Source: a virus
Taxonomy: Duplodnaviria; Caudoviricetes
DNA: 61,963 nt
Strand: one strand, 5' to 3'
IMG/VR virus record: IMGVR_UViG_3300018080_000189
Location: 1 to 61,963 of that record
Position 1 is the stretch's first letter. Each line of letters starts with the position of its first letter. This document shows positions 61,580 to 61,963 of this stretch, piece by piece. Both the position numbers and the translations under genes were made by a program. The notes beneath the pieces are model-generated. The model searched no databases and was not told the DNA's origin. It saw nothing but the letters and a program-made list of their open reading frames with translations.

Positions 61580-61792
61580 ATGAAACAACCTAAATACCTA
61601 AACGAATGGGTGAATGAACTATTGTCGAAAATCAACACCAACGACAAATCTACCTCTCAGATATGCGCATTCATGCTTGGCCTCAGTCTTTGTGCCCTTG
61701 ACGGTATCAAATCAATCGACTTATGCTGGAAAGAGCATGGGTATAATGTACAACACACAGTTAAACCACATATTAAGGTAGAATTCAAATAG
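61580..61792 (+). CDS. Hypothetical protein
   Basis: AAGGAG RBS before MKQPK. Confidence 0.5.
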   Translation: MKQPKYLNEWVNELLSKINTNDKSTSQICAFMLGLSLCALDGIKSIDLCWKEHGYNVQHTVKPHIKVEFK

Positions 61793-61808
61793 CCCCCCCC
61801 CGTCGTCC

Positions 61809-61860
61809 AGGGCGACCAACACCGGATTTAACCTCCAAATGGTCGCCCTTTCTATATTTG
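61809..61860 (+). terminator. Possible terminator hairpin
   Basis: AGGGCGACCA/TGGTCGCCCT 10-bp stem followed by a T-rich run. Confidence 0.5.
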
Positions 61861-61963
61861 TTCAGTTTTTTACCACCCTCAAACCCTTACCAGGCGTGGC
61901 CCTGTTCACTTATTAACCTCCCCCTGTTCAATTTTTATACACGAAAACCGCGAGTCTGCGATC

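Noticed and set aside
1-61963. CGATC at both window ends as a terminal repeat
   Set aside because: Only 5 bp. Gene orientation is compatible with a circular map, but this overlap is too short to count as evidence.
1-61963. Stop-codon reassignment, tRNA genes or integrase
   Set aside because: Core genes are full length in the standard code; no tRNA-like cloverleaf or recombinase motifs were recognised by eye.

Overview
The window looks like a near-complete or complete ~62 kb tailed dsDNA phage genome (siphovirus-type, lambda-like head). Minus strand 5.7-57.5 kb: a replication/recombination block (UDG-PolA fusion, DinG-like helicase, ERCC4 nuclease, AAA ATPase, PD-(D/E)XK nuclease, SSB-like protein), then a glycan-modification block (four glycosyltransferases and two SAM methyltransferases, plus a sulfotransferase-like gene at 11.8 kb), then tail and head modules (TerS, GpA-type TerL, gpW, lambda portal, S49 protease, decoration protein, capsid E, gpZ, tail terminator, tail tube, chaperone with -1 frameshift, tape measure). 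Plus strand 57.6-62 kb and 0.5-5.3 kb: small early-type genes; the AT-rich 0.5-5.3 kb block lies behind a sigma54/IHF-type promoter. No integrase, tRNA or CRISPR array was seen. Most striking: four virion-module proteins carry roughly 1,400 residues of mucin-like Ser/Thr tracts, in three of them interleaved with six copies of a Cys-bracketed lectin-like domain. Next to them lies a glycosyltransferase with the DxH and GGxEN motif layout of polypeptide GalNAc-transferases. Together these suggest a phage-encoded mucin-type O-glycosylation system building a virion glycocalyx (inference). All family calls come from motifs read by eye; no searches were run.
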